From Escherichia phage MRostami-2023e, in the sequence record OQ031495: DNA of 64,000 bases; one strand, given 5' to 3'. Every line of letters starts with the position of its first letter. The first letter of the stretch is position 1. The notes beneath the pieces are model-generated. The model was not told the DNA's origin and did not search any database. It saw only the letters and a program-made list of their open reading frames with translations. The position numbers and the translations under genes were made by a program. Positions 54,464-63,807 of this stretch are shown here, piece by piece.

Positions 54464-54498
54464 GGTTCTGAGTTCCAATTCAATCTGAGGAAATAGTT

Positions 54499-55494
54499 AT
54501 GAGCATTACATCTGATGCGGTAAAACATGAAATTAACGGTTTATGTGCTTCACAGATTAAAGTGTGGTTTAAAGACCATAACGATCGCAGAGCACTTAAT
54601 TATGAACAAATTGCTATCCAAGTTCATCAATTACTGGTTAGTAAATTTGATTTTCATATGCCGTCTGAAATCTATACTAATCTGCCGCGAGCACTTATTA
54701 AAGCGTGTAAAGGTTATGGAAAATCAATGGCTGATGGAATCTTCAGCGCGCTGAATAAACTTAACGTTCTGTCGATGATTAACTCTAACAACATCCTGCG
54801 TAATCTAGGACGTACTGATTTGTTCGGTCGTGAACAGTGTAAAATGCCTTTGAAATGGATTGTTGCTCATCTTAACGAGAACCAAACACGTTTTATGGCC
54901 GTAACAGCACGCTTACAAATGGGCCTAGATCGTCAGATGAACTTTAAAACTCATCCACGTTATTCAGGTTCAACTGACTTTTATAAATGTGAGCTTCAAA
55001 AGGTTGCAGGTAAAACTGTCTTAGTAGTTCGTGTAACGTTTGAAGGACGACGTCAAGGATATTTTGACATAATCGGCTCCGGGCTTAAACATTGCGGATT
55101 TATCGACGAAGTTGATATCAAGCGAGACGGCACCGGATATCGTATTGGGTATGTTTGTACTCTTAAAGAAGAGATTTCAGGACCAGCACCAGGACTAAAA
55201 GACGTTAGATATAAAGACGAGCTCGTTGAAGAAATAAAAGAAGTTGAATATGATATCAACCAAGAAGATGCTCTTAAAGACCTTATTGATGAACTGAACC
55301 AAGACGTTATTCCTGTTCAGAAATTTGAATCAAAACATGCTGAGCAAATCAAATACTTTGAAGCTTTGATTAACGAACTTAATGTAACTATTCAACAGAC
55401 TGACGATGAAATCTCACGATTAGCAGGCTTAAATGGTAAAAATAAAACAGAACGAGCTAATCTTATTCAGGTAGTAAAACTTCTTAAGGAATGA
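54499..55494 (+). CDS. Hypothetical protein with C-terminal coiled coil (331 aa)
   Basis: ORF track. Confidence 0.6.
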   Translation: MSITSDAVKHEINGLCASQIKVWFKDHNDRRALNYEQIAIQVHQLLVSKFDFHMPSEIYTNLPRALIKACKGYGKSMADGIFSALNKLNVLSMINSNNILRNLGRTDLFGREQCKMPLKWIVAHLNENQTRFMAVTARLQMGLDRQMNFKTHPRYSGSTDFYKCELQKVAGKTVLVVRVTFEGRRQGYFDIIGSGLKHCGFIDEVDIKRDGTGYRIGYVCTLKEEISGPAPGLKDVRYKDELVEEIKEVEYDINQEDALKDLIDELNQDVIPVQKFESKHAEQIKYFEALINELNVTIQQTDDEISRLAGLNGKNKTERANLIQVVKLLKE

Positions 55495-55495
55495 T

Positions 55496-55523
55496 GTACA
55501 ACCAAGGATGGTTGGAGTATAAT
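55496..55523 (+). promoter_or_regulatory. Early promoter cassette (gtacaaccaaggatggttggagtataat), copy 1
   Basis: near-identical to cassette at 56490. Confidence 0.6.
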
Positions 55524-55549
55524 AAATTTTTCAACATGAGGAATATAAA

Positions 55550-56485
55550 ATGGCTTTTATTACACGTAAAGAACTTATCAAAGAATTTACCTCGAACGCA
55601 TATACTCCAGGACCTAATCCTATCCGTATGCCTGTAAAGACTCCTGAAGAGATTGAGGAAGTCTGTTCATATTATGGGATTACTTCTCGTAAGTTTACTC
55701 AATTTGAATGCGTTACTAACACACCCGTTAAAGAGTTCATTAAAAATGGTGAGTTCAGCCGTTTATTAGCCAAACAGAAACTTCGTAATTTTTGTATTGG
55801 CGGTGAAGGACAATATTTCGCTAAGCAGTTCCGGAATAACCTTAACAATCTGATGGCCATTGCTTCTCGTATTCGTCCTCAAGCAATTAACATGAAACAT
55901 TTGAAATATACTTACGATAAGTTGGAAATCATGGTTATCAGTGAGAATGAGTTCACTCTTACGTATAAACCTAAGAATGATAACGTTGCTCGTGTATTTC
56001 ACCAAGCGTTGGAAGTTTTAGGTGATAATATCCACCAGATTAAAGCAATTTATTCACGTGAGCTTAATATTATCAACCCCATCAAGAATAAGGGTCATAT
56101 TGCTATCCAGGCTCGTGTATCTATTGGTAAAAAGGTTCCTGCGCCATGGTGGCACAAAGACTCTGAATACTATCAAAATCTTAAAAAGGAAAATGCATTG
56201 TTTGAAGCATCGCTTACTGGAACCCCAATTGAACAGGCCGAAGTCCTAAGTGCTTATTCTACTTCTNNNNNNNNNNNNNNNNNNNNNNNNNNNAAACTAA
56301 AAGTTTCTAATGACCTTCTTCCGGCCGAAGATTACCATTACAATCAAATCAAGGCCACTATGGACCAACTGTCTGTTGAACTTGACAAAGCACAAGCTAA
56401 GCTTCGTGATGCTCAAAGTGTTGTAACGAATCTCCAGTTGCAGTATTCTAAACTTTTTAACGCAATGAATGCATTAAAATCATAA
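55550..56485 (+). CDS. Hypothetical protein with C-terminal coiled coil (311 aa; 27 nt masked)
   Basis: ORF track. Confidence 0.6.
   Translation: MAFITRKELIKEFTSNAYTPGPNPIRMPVKTPEEIEEVCSYYGITSRKFTQFECVTNTPVKEFIKNGEFSRLLAKQKLRNFCIGGEGQYFAKQFRNNLNNLMAIASRIRPQAINMKHLKYTYDKLEIMVISENEFTLTYKPKNDNVARVFHQALEVLGDNIHQIKAIYSRELNIINPIKNKGHIAIQARVSIGKKVPAPWWHKDSEYYQNLKKENALFEASLTGTPIEQAEVLSAYSTSXXXXXXXXXKLKVSNDLLPAEDYHYNQIKATMDQLSVELDKAQAKLRDAQSVVTNLQLQYSKLFNAMNALKS
56267..56293. other. N-masked run (27 nt)
   Basis: run of n. Confidence 1.
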
Positions 56486-56489
56486 AATA

Positions 56490-56519
56490 GTTTACAACCA
56501 AGGATGGTTGGAGTATAAT
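56490..56519 (+). promoter_or_regulatory. Early promoter cassette (gtttacaaccaaggatggttggagtataat), copy 2
   Basis: 26-nt identity with cassette at 55496. Confidence 0.6.
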
Positions 56520-56547
56520 GAATCTATCTTAACGAGAGGAAAATATT

Positions 56548-57498
56548 ATGACACGTTCACATTACATTGAATACTTTGCAGGTCTTATCGCTAACGTTCA
56601 CGCCCAACGTGCTTCTGGTGCACTAGGATTTGATGTTCCACACCGAGATGTAGTAAGTGGTATTCTTCGCGATTTTGGTACATACATAGGCCAAGAAAAT
56701 CATATCTGTAAAGATACTCAAAATGCGTATTCTCATTCGTTAGGGACGTTGCTTCAATGGTTCAAACGTTCTCGTTTATTATCTTCTACTGTAGCTCGCG
56801 ATAACATTAAAAACTTTATGAAACCGAGCTTTATTAAATCTGTGACATCTAAAACTGATTTGGTTGAATTCACTATTGTTAATGATGTTAAAAAGACTCA
56901 TTTGGCTGATTGGTTATCTACCATTCCTGAAACTAAATTTGCTGATAAATTTGCTTGTGAATTCAATAACCAAGTGAATATGCTTTTTAAACATTCTCGT
57001 AAATTATTCACAGGCGGCGATGATCGTACAAATAAAGTTCATGTTAAAGATTGGGTTACTGCAGTATTCAAACCAACCGGTAATGGTAACGCATCATTAT
57101 CAATTGATATCCAGGTTCCTTATTACTACTCACGTAATCTCGGTACCATGAAAGCCGAAGAAATTAATAAGCGCAACAAAACCATTCGTTCGCTGTCTTA
57201 TAAACTTCGCATGATGTTAAGAATCATGGACGTGGTAGAAATGTATGATGAAACCGAAGATAATGGTTCAATGTTATACAGTTCTCGCATTCAAATTAAG
57301 TTGAAGAACCCTAACGAGTATAAGCCTAAGCCTATTAAAGAACCTAAAGTAGAAAAAGTTGATAACTTAAGAGAAGAACGCGAATATCTCAAATCTCGTC
57401 TGAAAGAAGTCGAAGCCCAGATTGCAGAACAAACTAAATCGTTAAAAGCTCTGAATGCGAAAGCGGATGGTTTACGAAATGCCATTGAGGTGTTATAA
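56548..57498 (+). CDS. Hypothetical protein with C-terminal coiled coil (316 aa)
   Basis: ORF track. Confidence 0.6.
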   Translation: MTRSHYIEYFAGLIANVHAQRASGALGFDVPHRDVVSGILRDFGTYIGQENHICKDTQNAYSHSLGTLLQWFKRSRLLSSTVARDNIKNFMKPSFIKSVTSKTDLVEFTIVNDVKKTHLADWLSTIPETKFADKFACEFNNQVNMLFKHSRKLFTGGDDRTNKVHVKDWVTAVFKPTGNGNASLSIDIQVPYYYSRNLGTMKAEEINKRNKTIRSLSYKLRMMLRIMDVVEMYDETEDNGSMLYSSRIQIKLKNPNEYKPKPIKEPKVEKVDNLREEREYLKSRLKEVEAQIAEQTKSLKALNAKADGLRNAIEVL

Positions 57499-57803
57499 TG
57501 AAACTACGTCTTTTAGAGGATATTGATATGAGCACTAATCATGGCTTGGTTAAGTTTATTGACGATAGTTCAAAGATCGAATTTGTTCAGCGAGATAAAA
57601 TCCACGGTGAAGAAGAGTTCGTTCCTCCGGCATGGAACGAAATAATGAAAATGGTTGAACGACGTGAAAATGCTGCCAAATCGGCAGCAAAACATCCATG
57701 TCCGGAATGTGGAACTATCCAAGTCCAACTGGTTAACTGGACCAGTGATAACTTGAAATTGAAATGCCGTAAATGCTTCCACAAATTTGAGAGAACATTA
57801 TAA
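57498..57803 (+). CDS. Small Cys4 zinc-ribbon-like protein (101 aa)
   Basis: CPEC ... CRKC. Confidence 0.55.
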   Translation: MKLRLLEDIDMSTNHGLVKFIDDSSKIEFVQRDKIHGEEEFVPPAWNEIMKMVERRENAAKSAAKHPCPECGTIQVQLVNWTSDNLKLKCRKCFHKFERTL

Positions 57804-58216
57804 TGAGATATAGCCTTCGTTGTTTTATCGCAGCTTTAGTTTTTGCTATTATTCCATTCATTTGGAACAGCCAGAATACTTACATGGAAACTAAAGTAAT
57901 TCCTGTGGAGGTAGTGGAATTAATTTCAGGTCAATCTACAGGAAAATATTCTAAATTAGAATTTATTGCAGTTTATAAAGATGAGCAAGGACGAGTTTTT
58001 GACAGGCGTGTATCTCCATCATTTTATACGCTTCTGAATAAAGGTGATACGATAGCTATAGAAATTCGTGAGATGGATATCAAACAAACTACTAAAGATA
58101 ACTTGATTTGGTTCTTTGGTACAGTGTTGTTGGTTTCTATCTGTATCACAGGTTTTATTACATGTATTGTATTTGGCATTGCATATTTAATCGATGAAAG
58201 GAAAAATAATGTTTAA
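57803..58216 (+). CDS. Membrane protein (137 aa)
   Basis: N- and C-terminal hydrophobic segments. Confidence 0.55.
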   Translation: MRYSLRCFIAALVFAIIPFIWNSQNTYMETKVIPVEVVELISGQSTGKYSKLEFIAVYKDEQGRVFDRRVSPSFYTLLNKGDTIAIEIREMDIKQTTKDNLIWFFGTVLLVSICITGFITCIVFGIAYLIDERKNNV

Positions 58217-58472
58217 AGTGTACGGGTATGACTCTACTATTCATAAATGCATTTATTGTGATAATGCGAAACGATTGCTGGCTGTTAAGAAACAGCCGTT
58301 CGAATTCATTAATGTTATGCCAGAAAAAGGTGTTTTTGATGATGAGAAAATTGCTGAGCTTCTGGTTAAGCTTGGACGTGAATCACAAGTCGGATTGACT
58401 ATGCCTCAAGTGTTTGCTCCTGATGGAACTTCGATCGGTGGCTTTGACCAACTACGAGAATATTTTAAATGA
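58209..58472 (+). CDS. nrdC: Thioredoxin/glutaredoxin NrdC
   Basis: MFKVYGYDSTIHKCIYCDNAKRLL... matches T4 NrdC (87 aa) as recalled. Confidence 0.9.
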   Translation: MFKVYGYDSTIHKCIYCDNAKRLLAVKKQPFEFINVMPEKGVFDDEKIAELLVKLGRESQVGLTMPQVFAPDGTSIGGFDQLREYFK

Positions 58473-58825
58473 CATATTCATTAAATCTTAAAGATTTCCA
58501 AGATGTATACGAAGTTTGTGCCAATGAACTTGGTCCTGATGCTCCAACTATTATTGAAGTTTTAAATGTGCTCCCTTCATCATTAGCTTACGAAGCCAAA
58601 TCATGGGGTTGGAACGACACTGTCGTTCGTGATGACCTTTACGTCCTGATGAACGATATGATGGTTAAAAAGGCAGAACCGGTTGCACCAATGGTTACCA
58701 TTACCGTTGAAGAATATAATCGCCTGCAAGCCATTGAAGAGCTTCTGTGGAATATTGAATGTGACCTGCCGTCAGGGCTAGAATCCTGGATTGATTATGA
58801 AGAGCTCAATAAACTCCGGGGTTAA
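58469..58825 (+). CDS. Hypothetical protein (118 aa)
   Basis: ORF track. Confidence 0.55.
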   Translation: MTYSLNLKDFQDVYEVCANELGPDAPTIIEVLNVLPSSLAYEAKSWGWNDTVVRDDLYVLMNDMMVKKAEPVAPMVTITVEEYNRLQAIEELLWNIECDLPSGLESWIDYEELNKLRG

Positions 58826-58874
58826 ACCGTGGTATTCTGCTCGTTGGGAGACTGTCGAGCCAGACGTTGAAACA

Positions 58875-58904
58875 GTTTACAACGACGAAGAAACGTGTTA
58901 TGAT
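58875..58904 (+). promoter_or_regulatory. Early promoter (gtttac N18 tatgat)
   Basis: seen in sequence. Confidence 0.5.
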
Positions 58905-58953
58905 GAACCTTCAATAAATGAATTAATTGATATGGAAATGGGAAGAGATTATT

Positions 58954-59124
58954 ATGCAAGTTAAATTATTGTACCGTTTATTAAAAAATGGCAAACATGA
59001 TTGGTATTTGCTTATTAAAACCGATCCGAATTTTTTCTCTGGACAACCATTTACAGTTCGTCCTACTAAACGTCAGCTTCGCAAAGCTAAACGTTCTCAT
59101 CGTAACTTTTATAGAGAATATTGA
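58954..59124 (+). CDS. Small basic protein (56 aa)
   Basis: internal ATG of ORF 58927..59124. Confidence 0.4.
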   Translation: MQVKLLYRLLKNGKHDWYLLIKTDPNFFSGQPFTVRPTKRQLRKAKRSHRNFYREY

Positions 59125-59125
59125 T

Positions 59126-59539
59126 ATGAATATTTCTGAAACTCGCGGTAAATGGTTCAAGATTGTTAAAGAAGATGAAGAACTACAAGTCAAGTTTCCT
59201 GAATTAAAGAAAGATACGATCATCAAGGTAATTGGTACTACTACCGAAGATGGTTATGGCGACCATGGCATTATCGAAGTGATGTTGAACACAGGTGAGA
59301 AACTTTGCATCTATGACCGTGATACTTCTCTTTGGTGCTTCTGGGAATCCCATTCAATAGATGAACTCGAAGAAATTGACCAAGTAGTTTGTGATGGTGG
59401 ACTTGGCGAATTCGAAGGTGAACGTATTTCTTATGCTTTAGCTAAATTAGCCGGACAAGAAAATAACGACGGCTATGAAGGTAACCTGATGCAAGCAGCC
59501 GCAGAATACATTGAATATTTAGAAAGACGTTTAAGTTAA
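59126..59539 (+). CDS. Hypothetical protein (138 aa)
   Basis: ATG after previous stop; in-frame part of ORF 58988..59539. Confidence 0.55.
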   Translation: MNISETRGKWFKIVKEDEELQVKFPELKKDTIIKVIGTTTEDGYGDHGIIEVMLNTGEKLCIYDRDTSLWCFWESHSIDELEEIDQVVCDGGLGEFEGERISYALAKLAGQENNDGYEGNLMQAAAEYIEYLERRLS

Positions 59540-59724
59540 NNNNNNNNNNNNNNNNNNNNNNNNNNNNNNNNNNNNNNNNNNNNNNNNNNNNNNNNNNNNN
59601 NNNNNNNNNNNNNNNNNNNNNNNNNNNNNNNNNNNNNNNNNNNNNNNNNNNNNNNNNNNNNNNNNNNNNNNNNNNNNNNNNNNNNNNNNNNNNNNNNNNN
59701 NNNNNNNNNNNNNNNNNNNNNNNN
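59540..59724. other. N-masked run (185 nt) flanked by identical 9-mers ttaagttaa
   Basis: run of n. Confidence 1.
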
Positions 59725-59730
59725 TTAAGT

Positions 59731-59763
59731 TAATAAATACCCTTATCTATTTAAGGTAAGGGT
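59731..59763 (+). promoter_or_regulatory. Late-promoter-like taataaata plus hairpin (accctta / taagggt) over the gene 49 initiation region
   Basis: 7-bp inverted repeat with SD-like aagg in loop, ATG at 59769. Confidence 0.45.
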
Positions 59764-59768
59764 TTATC

Positions 59769-60242
59769 ATGTTATTATCAGGCGCAAAATATAAAGAAGA
59801 AAAACAAAAATTTTATGATGCACAGAACGGTAAGTGTCCTATTTGCCACCGTGAATTAGACCCTGATGTTCAAGGTAACCATCTTGACCACGACCATGAA
59901 TTAAACGGGCCAAAAGCCGGTAGAGTTCGTGGATTACTCTGTAATCTGTGCAACGCAGCAGAAGGTCAAATGAAGCATAAGTTCAACCGTTCTGGTCTTA
60001 AAGGCCGTGATGTCGACTACCTAGAATGGCTTGAAGCTCTTCTCGCTTATTTGAAACAAGATTATTCTGATAATAATATCCATCCTAATTTTGTTCCAGA
60101 CAAAACTAAAGAGTTCTCAAGACTAGGTAAAGAGGAAATGATGACCGAGATGCTTCAAAGAGGATTTGAATATAATGAATCAGATACTAAAACACAATTA
60201 ATAGCTTCATTCAAAAAGCAGCTTAGAAAGAGTTTAAAATGA
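59769..60242 (+). CDS. 49: Endonuclease VII (Holliday junction resolvase) gp49
   Basis: 157 aa; MLLSGAKYKEEKQKFYDAQNGKCPICHRELDPDVQGNHLDHDHELNGPKAG... matches T4 EndoVII as recalled. Confidence 0.92.
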   Translation: MLLSGAKYKEEKQKFYDAQNGKCPICHRELDPDVQGNHLDHDHELNGPKAGRVRGLLCNLCNAAEGQMKHKFNRSGLKGRDVDYLEWLEALLAYLKQDYSDNNIHPNFVPDKTKEFSRLGKEEMMTEMLQRGFEYNESDTKTQLIASFKKQLRKSLK

Positions 60243-62056
60243 AAATTGAAAAAGAAATTGAAGGATTAATTCATAAAACTAATAAAGACCTTTTAAACGA
60301 GAATGCTAATAAAGATTCTCGTGTTTTTCCAACTCAACGGGACCTTATGGCTGGTATTGTGTCTAAGCACATTGCCAAAAATATGGTCCCGTCTTTTATT
60401 ATGAATGCGCATGAAAGCGGAATCATTCACATGCATGATATTGATTATTCTCCTGCTCTTCCATTTACTAATTGCTGTTTAGTCGATTTAAAGGGGATGC
60501 TTGAGAATGGATTTAAATTAGGCAATGCTCAAATTGAAACGCCTAAATCTATTGGCGTTGCTACTGCAATTATGGCACAAATTACCGCACAAGTTGCTTC
60601 ACACCAATATGGCGGAACTACATTTGCGAATGTCGATAAAGTTCTTTCTCCTTATGTTAAACGCACATACGCTAAACATATTGAGGACGCAGAAAAATGG
60701 CAAATCGCTGATGCGTTGAATTATGCCCAATCTAAAACAGAAAAAGACGTATACGATGCATTCCAAGCTTATGAATATGAAGTAAATACTCTCTTTAGTT
60801 CAAACGGACAGACTCCTTTTGTAACAATTACATTTGGTACAGGAACCGACTGGACTGAACGAATGATTCAGAAAGCAATTCTTAAAAACCGCATTAAAGG
60901 CCTTGGTCGTGATGGAATAACTCCTATTTTCCCTAAGCTTGTTATGTTCGTTGAAGAAGGTGTTAATCTTTATAAAGACGATCCGAACTATGATATTAAG
61001 CAGCTTGCTTTAGAATGTGCAAGCAAAAGAATGTATCCTGACATCATTTCGGCTAAGAACAATAAAGCTATCACCGGCTCATCTATTCCTGTTTCTCCAA
61101 TGGGTTGCCGTAGTTTCTTGAGCGTATGGAAAGATTCAACTGGCAATGAAATTCTTGATGGACGCAATAATCTTGGCGTTGTAACACTGAATCTTCCTCG
61201 TATTGCGTTAGATTCTTATATTGGAACACAATTCAATGAACAGAAATTTGCCGAATTGTTCAATGAACGAATGGACCTGTGTTTTGAAGCTTTGATGTGT
61301 AGAATTAGTTCCTTAAAAGGAGTTAAAGCGACTGTTGCTCCTATTCTTTACCAAGAAGGTGCATTTGGGGTTCGTCTTAAACCTGACGACGATATAATTG
61401 AGTTATTTAAAAACGGTAGAAGTTCAGTGTCTTTAGGATACATCGGTATTCATGAATTGAATATTCTTGTCGGCCGTGATATTGGACAAGAAATTTTAAC
61501 TAAAATGAATGCTCATCTTAAACAGTGGACTGAAAGAACCGGTTTTGCTTTTAGCTTGTATTCTACTCCTGCTGAAAACCTGTGCTATCGCTTCTGTAAA
61601 CTTGATACTGAAAAATATGGAAGTGTAAAAGATGTTACTGATAAAGGCTGGTACACTAACAGTTTCCATGTTTCAGTAGAAGAAAATATTACTCCGTTTG
61701 AAAAGATTTATCGCGAAGCCCCATATCATTTCATTTCGNNNNNNNNNNNNNNNNNNNNNNNNNNNNNNNNNNNNNNNNNNNNNNNNNNNNNNNNNNNNNN
61801 NNNNNNNNNNNNNNNNNNNNNNNNNNNNNNNNNNNNNNNNNNNNNNNNNNNNNNNNNNNNNNNNNNNNNNNNNNNNNNNNNNNNNNNNNNNNNNNNNNNN
61901 NNNNNNNNNNNATTTGTTTGTTCTATGTGTGGAGAAACTGATCCTAAAAAGATGAACACAATAAGAAGAACGTGTGGTTATCTTGGAAACCCGAACGAAC
62001 GCGGATTTAATCTAGGCAAAAATAAAGAAATCATGCATAGGGTTAAACACCAATGA
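60239..62056 (+). CDS. nrdD: Anaerobic ribonucleotide reductase NrdD (uninterrupted; 173 nt masked)
   Basis: 605 aa; C-terminal glycyl-radical motif RRTCGYLGNP. Confidence 0.9.
   Translation: MKIEKEIEGLIHKTNKDLLNENANKDSRVFPTQRDLMAGIVSKHIAKNMVPSFIMNAHESGIIHMHDIDYSPALPFTNCCLVDLKGMLENGFKLGNAQIETPKSIGVATAIMAQITAQVASHQYGGTTFANVDKVLSPYVKRTYAKHIEDAEKWQIADALNYAQSKTEKDVYDAFQAYEYEVNTLFSSNGQTPFVTITFGTGTDWTERMIQKAILKNRIKGLGRDGITPIFPKLVMFVEEGVNLYKDDPNYDIKQLALECASKRMYPDIISAKNNKAITGSSIPVSPMGCRSFLSVWKDSTGNEILDGRNNLGVVTLNLPRIALDSYIGTQFNEQKFAELFNERMDLCFEALMCRISSLKGVKATVAPILYQEGAFGVRLKPDDDIIELFKNGRSSVSLGYIGIHELNILVGRDIGQEILTKMNAHLKQWTERTGFAFSLYSTPAENLCYRFCKLDTEKYGSVKDVTDKGWYTNSFHVSVEENITPFEKIYREAPYHFISXXXXXXXXXXXXXXXXXXXXXXXXXXXXXXXXXXXXXXXXXXXXXXXXXXXXXXXXXXFVCSMCGETDPKKMNTIRRTCGYLGNPNERGFNLGKNKEIMHRVKHQ
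61739..61911. other. N-masked run (173 nt) inside nrdD
   Basis: run of n. Confidence 1.
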
Positions 62057-62520
62057 ATTATGATAGAATTTATCCTTGTGATTTTGTGAATGGCCCTGGT
62101 TGCAGGGTCGTTCTTTTCGTTACAGGTTGTTTGCATAAATGTGAAGGGTGTTATAATAAATCAACATGGAATGCTAGAAATGGTATTCCATTCACTGGTG
62201 AAACACTAAAACAATTAATTGAAATTTTGAATAATGATTAAATAGAAGGATTAACTATAACTGGAGGAGACCCTCTCTATCCTGATAACCGAGATGTTAT
62301 TCATTGCATTGTTCAAACTATTAAAAATCTTTATCCCAATAAAAGCATTTGGTTGTGGACAGGATATAAGTTTGAAGATATTAAACAACTAGAAATGCTT
62401 AAATATGTTGATGTTATTATTGATGGGAAGTATGAGAAAAATCTTCCGACCAAAAAGATATGGCGAGGATCAGATAATCAGCGACTTTGGTCAAATACCG
62501 ATGGGGTGTGGAAACATGAT
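62053..62520 (+). pseudogene. nrdG: Anaerobic RNR activase NrdG interrupted by in-frame TAA at 62239-62241
   Basis: N-terminal 62 aa with CxxxCxxC-type cluster motif (CLHKCEGC) then TAA; downstream same-frame sequence IEGLTITGGDPLYP...RGSDNQRLWSNTDGVWKHD continues the NrdG homology. Confidence 0.75.
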
Positions 62521-62633
62521 TAAATTGAATTATATTATGGATACTATAAATGATATGATTTTTCGTTTTGGTCCAGAATTTTATTCCCAATATAGTTTAG
62601 TGCTTATCAATGCTTAGTTAATTAAGGGTAAAT

Positions 62634-62849
62634 ATGTATAAATTTCGTAAAGGTTTAGCTGATTTTCTTACAACTGTAACGTTCTTTTTGTTTATGGCAG
62701 TTGGAGCTATTTTTCTTATTCCTTTTACTGGAGTATTTTTCGTGATTAGTTTAATTTCTCCAGAAAAGGGTTTATCCTCCAGCGAATTCAATGAACGTTT
62801 GGACAAAATTACTAATAAACTGAATTCTGTTCTTGATAAAAAGGCTTAA
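62634..62849 (+). CDS. Small membrane protein (71 aa)
   Basis: ORF track. Confidence 0.5.
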   Translation: MYKFRKGLADFLTTVTFFLFMAVGAIFLIPFTGVFFVISLISPEKGLSSSEFNERLDKITNKLNSVLDKKA

Positions 62850-62851
62850 TT

Positions 62852-63169
62852 ATGATTAGTTTTGAGCGGTATGTGGTAGAGAGTTGGAAAGGTTTTGATA
62901 TGTTCGGTAATGACTATTATTTCTATGAATGTAGTCTAAATCCTAGTTTTTGGGCTGGACGTGAACGAGATCTCGAAGAAATTAATGCTCGTGCCGAATT
63001 GTTAGGTGAATTGCCTACGGTTTATTTTACCTTTGATGAGTCTGGATTTGTTATCCAGGTTTATTTTCCTGAAGAAAACTCTGGTGAGGATTCTGTTAAT
63101 CCTCCTTATTGGGCTTACCAAGGAATTATTTCTCGTGGAACAAAACTCGAACTTAAAGAACAAGATTGA
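62852..63169 (+). CDS. Hypothetical protein (105 aa)
   Basis: ORF track. Confidence 0.55.
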   Translation: MISFERYVVESWKGFDMFGNDYYFYECSLNPSFWAGRERDLEEINARAELLGELPTVYFTFDESGFVIQVYFPEENSGEDSVNPPYWAYQGIISRGTKLELKEQD

Positions 63170-63458
63170 AATCTATGGCATCCCTGAAGAAGTAGGACGT
63201 TGTCCAGGATGTTATGCTGTTACAAAACTTTTAAAGGAGCTCAATGCTCCTTATACATTTTATAAAGTCCTCACTAATAATGGTAAGATTGAATATGACC
63301 GTCCTTTAATCGTATCTCTGGCTAAACGTGCAGGATTCACTTCACTTAATATTCGTTATCCTGTCATATTTTTAAATGATAAGAAACAAAAGAATATTGC
63401 AGAGTTTAAAAAGTCCTTGATTTCATTAGGATATGACTCTGATATCATAGAAGATTGA
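63165..63458 (+). CDS. nrdH: Glutaredoxin/NrdH-like redoxin; no canonical start codon in frame (possible ATT start or local sequence error)
   Basis: ...IEIYGIPEEVGRCPGCYAVTKLL... redox CxxC motif; reading frame has no ATG/GTG/TTG near the 5' end. Confidence 0.45.
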   Translation: MEIYGIPEEVGRCPGCYAVTKLLKELNAPYTFYKVLTNNGKIEYDRPLIVSLAKRAGFTSLNIRYPVIFLNDKKQKNIAEFKKSLISLGYDSDIIED

Positions 63459-63566
63459 CCAGGTGCCGCCTGGTCTTCTTTATCTCATTTCTAATATAAT
63501 CCATTGGAATCTTCACTTCATTATCTCCTTGTGCCCCTCTCAAATCAAAAATATTTTCATAAAACA

Positions 63567-63595
63567 GTTTACATCCTCGATAGATATGTTAAGAT
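63567..63595 (+). promoter_or_regulatory. Early promoter (gtttac N17 taagat)
   Basis: seen in sequence. Confidence 0.5.
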
Positions 63596-63624
63596 TAGCA
63601 CCATCTACCACAGAGGAAAACAAA

Positions 63625-63807
63625 ATGACAATTGAAGATAAAGAAATTAAGGTTGACCAGTACTATTCTGTCAATGGTAATGCCATACAGATAACCAGAG
63701 TTTCAAGCCTGGATGTTTGGTACCGTTCAATCAAATATCCAGAAATTGGTGAAATGCTTTGTGACCGTGGTATCTTCTGTTCAATTGCGAAGGAAATTAA
63801 GCCATGA
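63625..63807 (+). CDS. Hypothetical protein (60 aa)
   Basis: ATG with SD gagg. Confidence 0.5.
   Translation: MTIEDKEIKVDQYYSVNGNAIQITRVSSLDVWYRSIKYPEIGEMLCDRGIFCSIAKEIKP

Noticed and set aside
60239-62056. Group I intron or homing endonuclease in nrdD
   Set aside because: ORF is continuous and the masked segment is too short and frame-preserving
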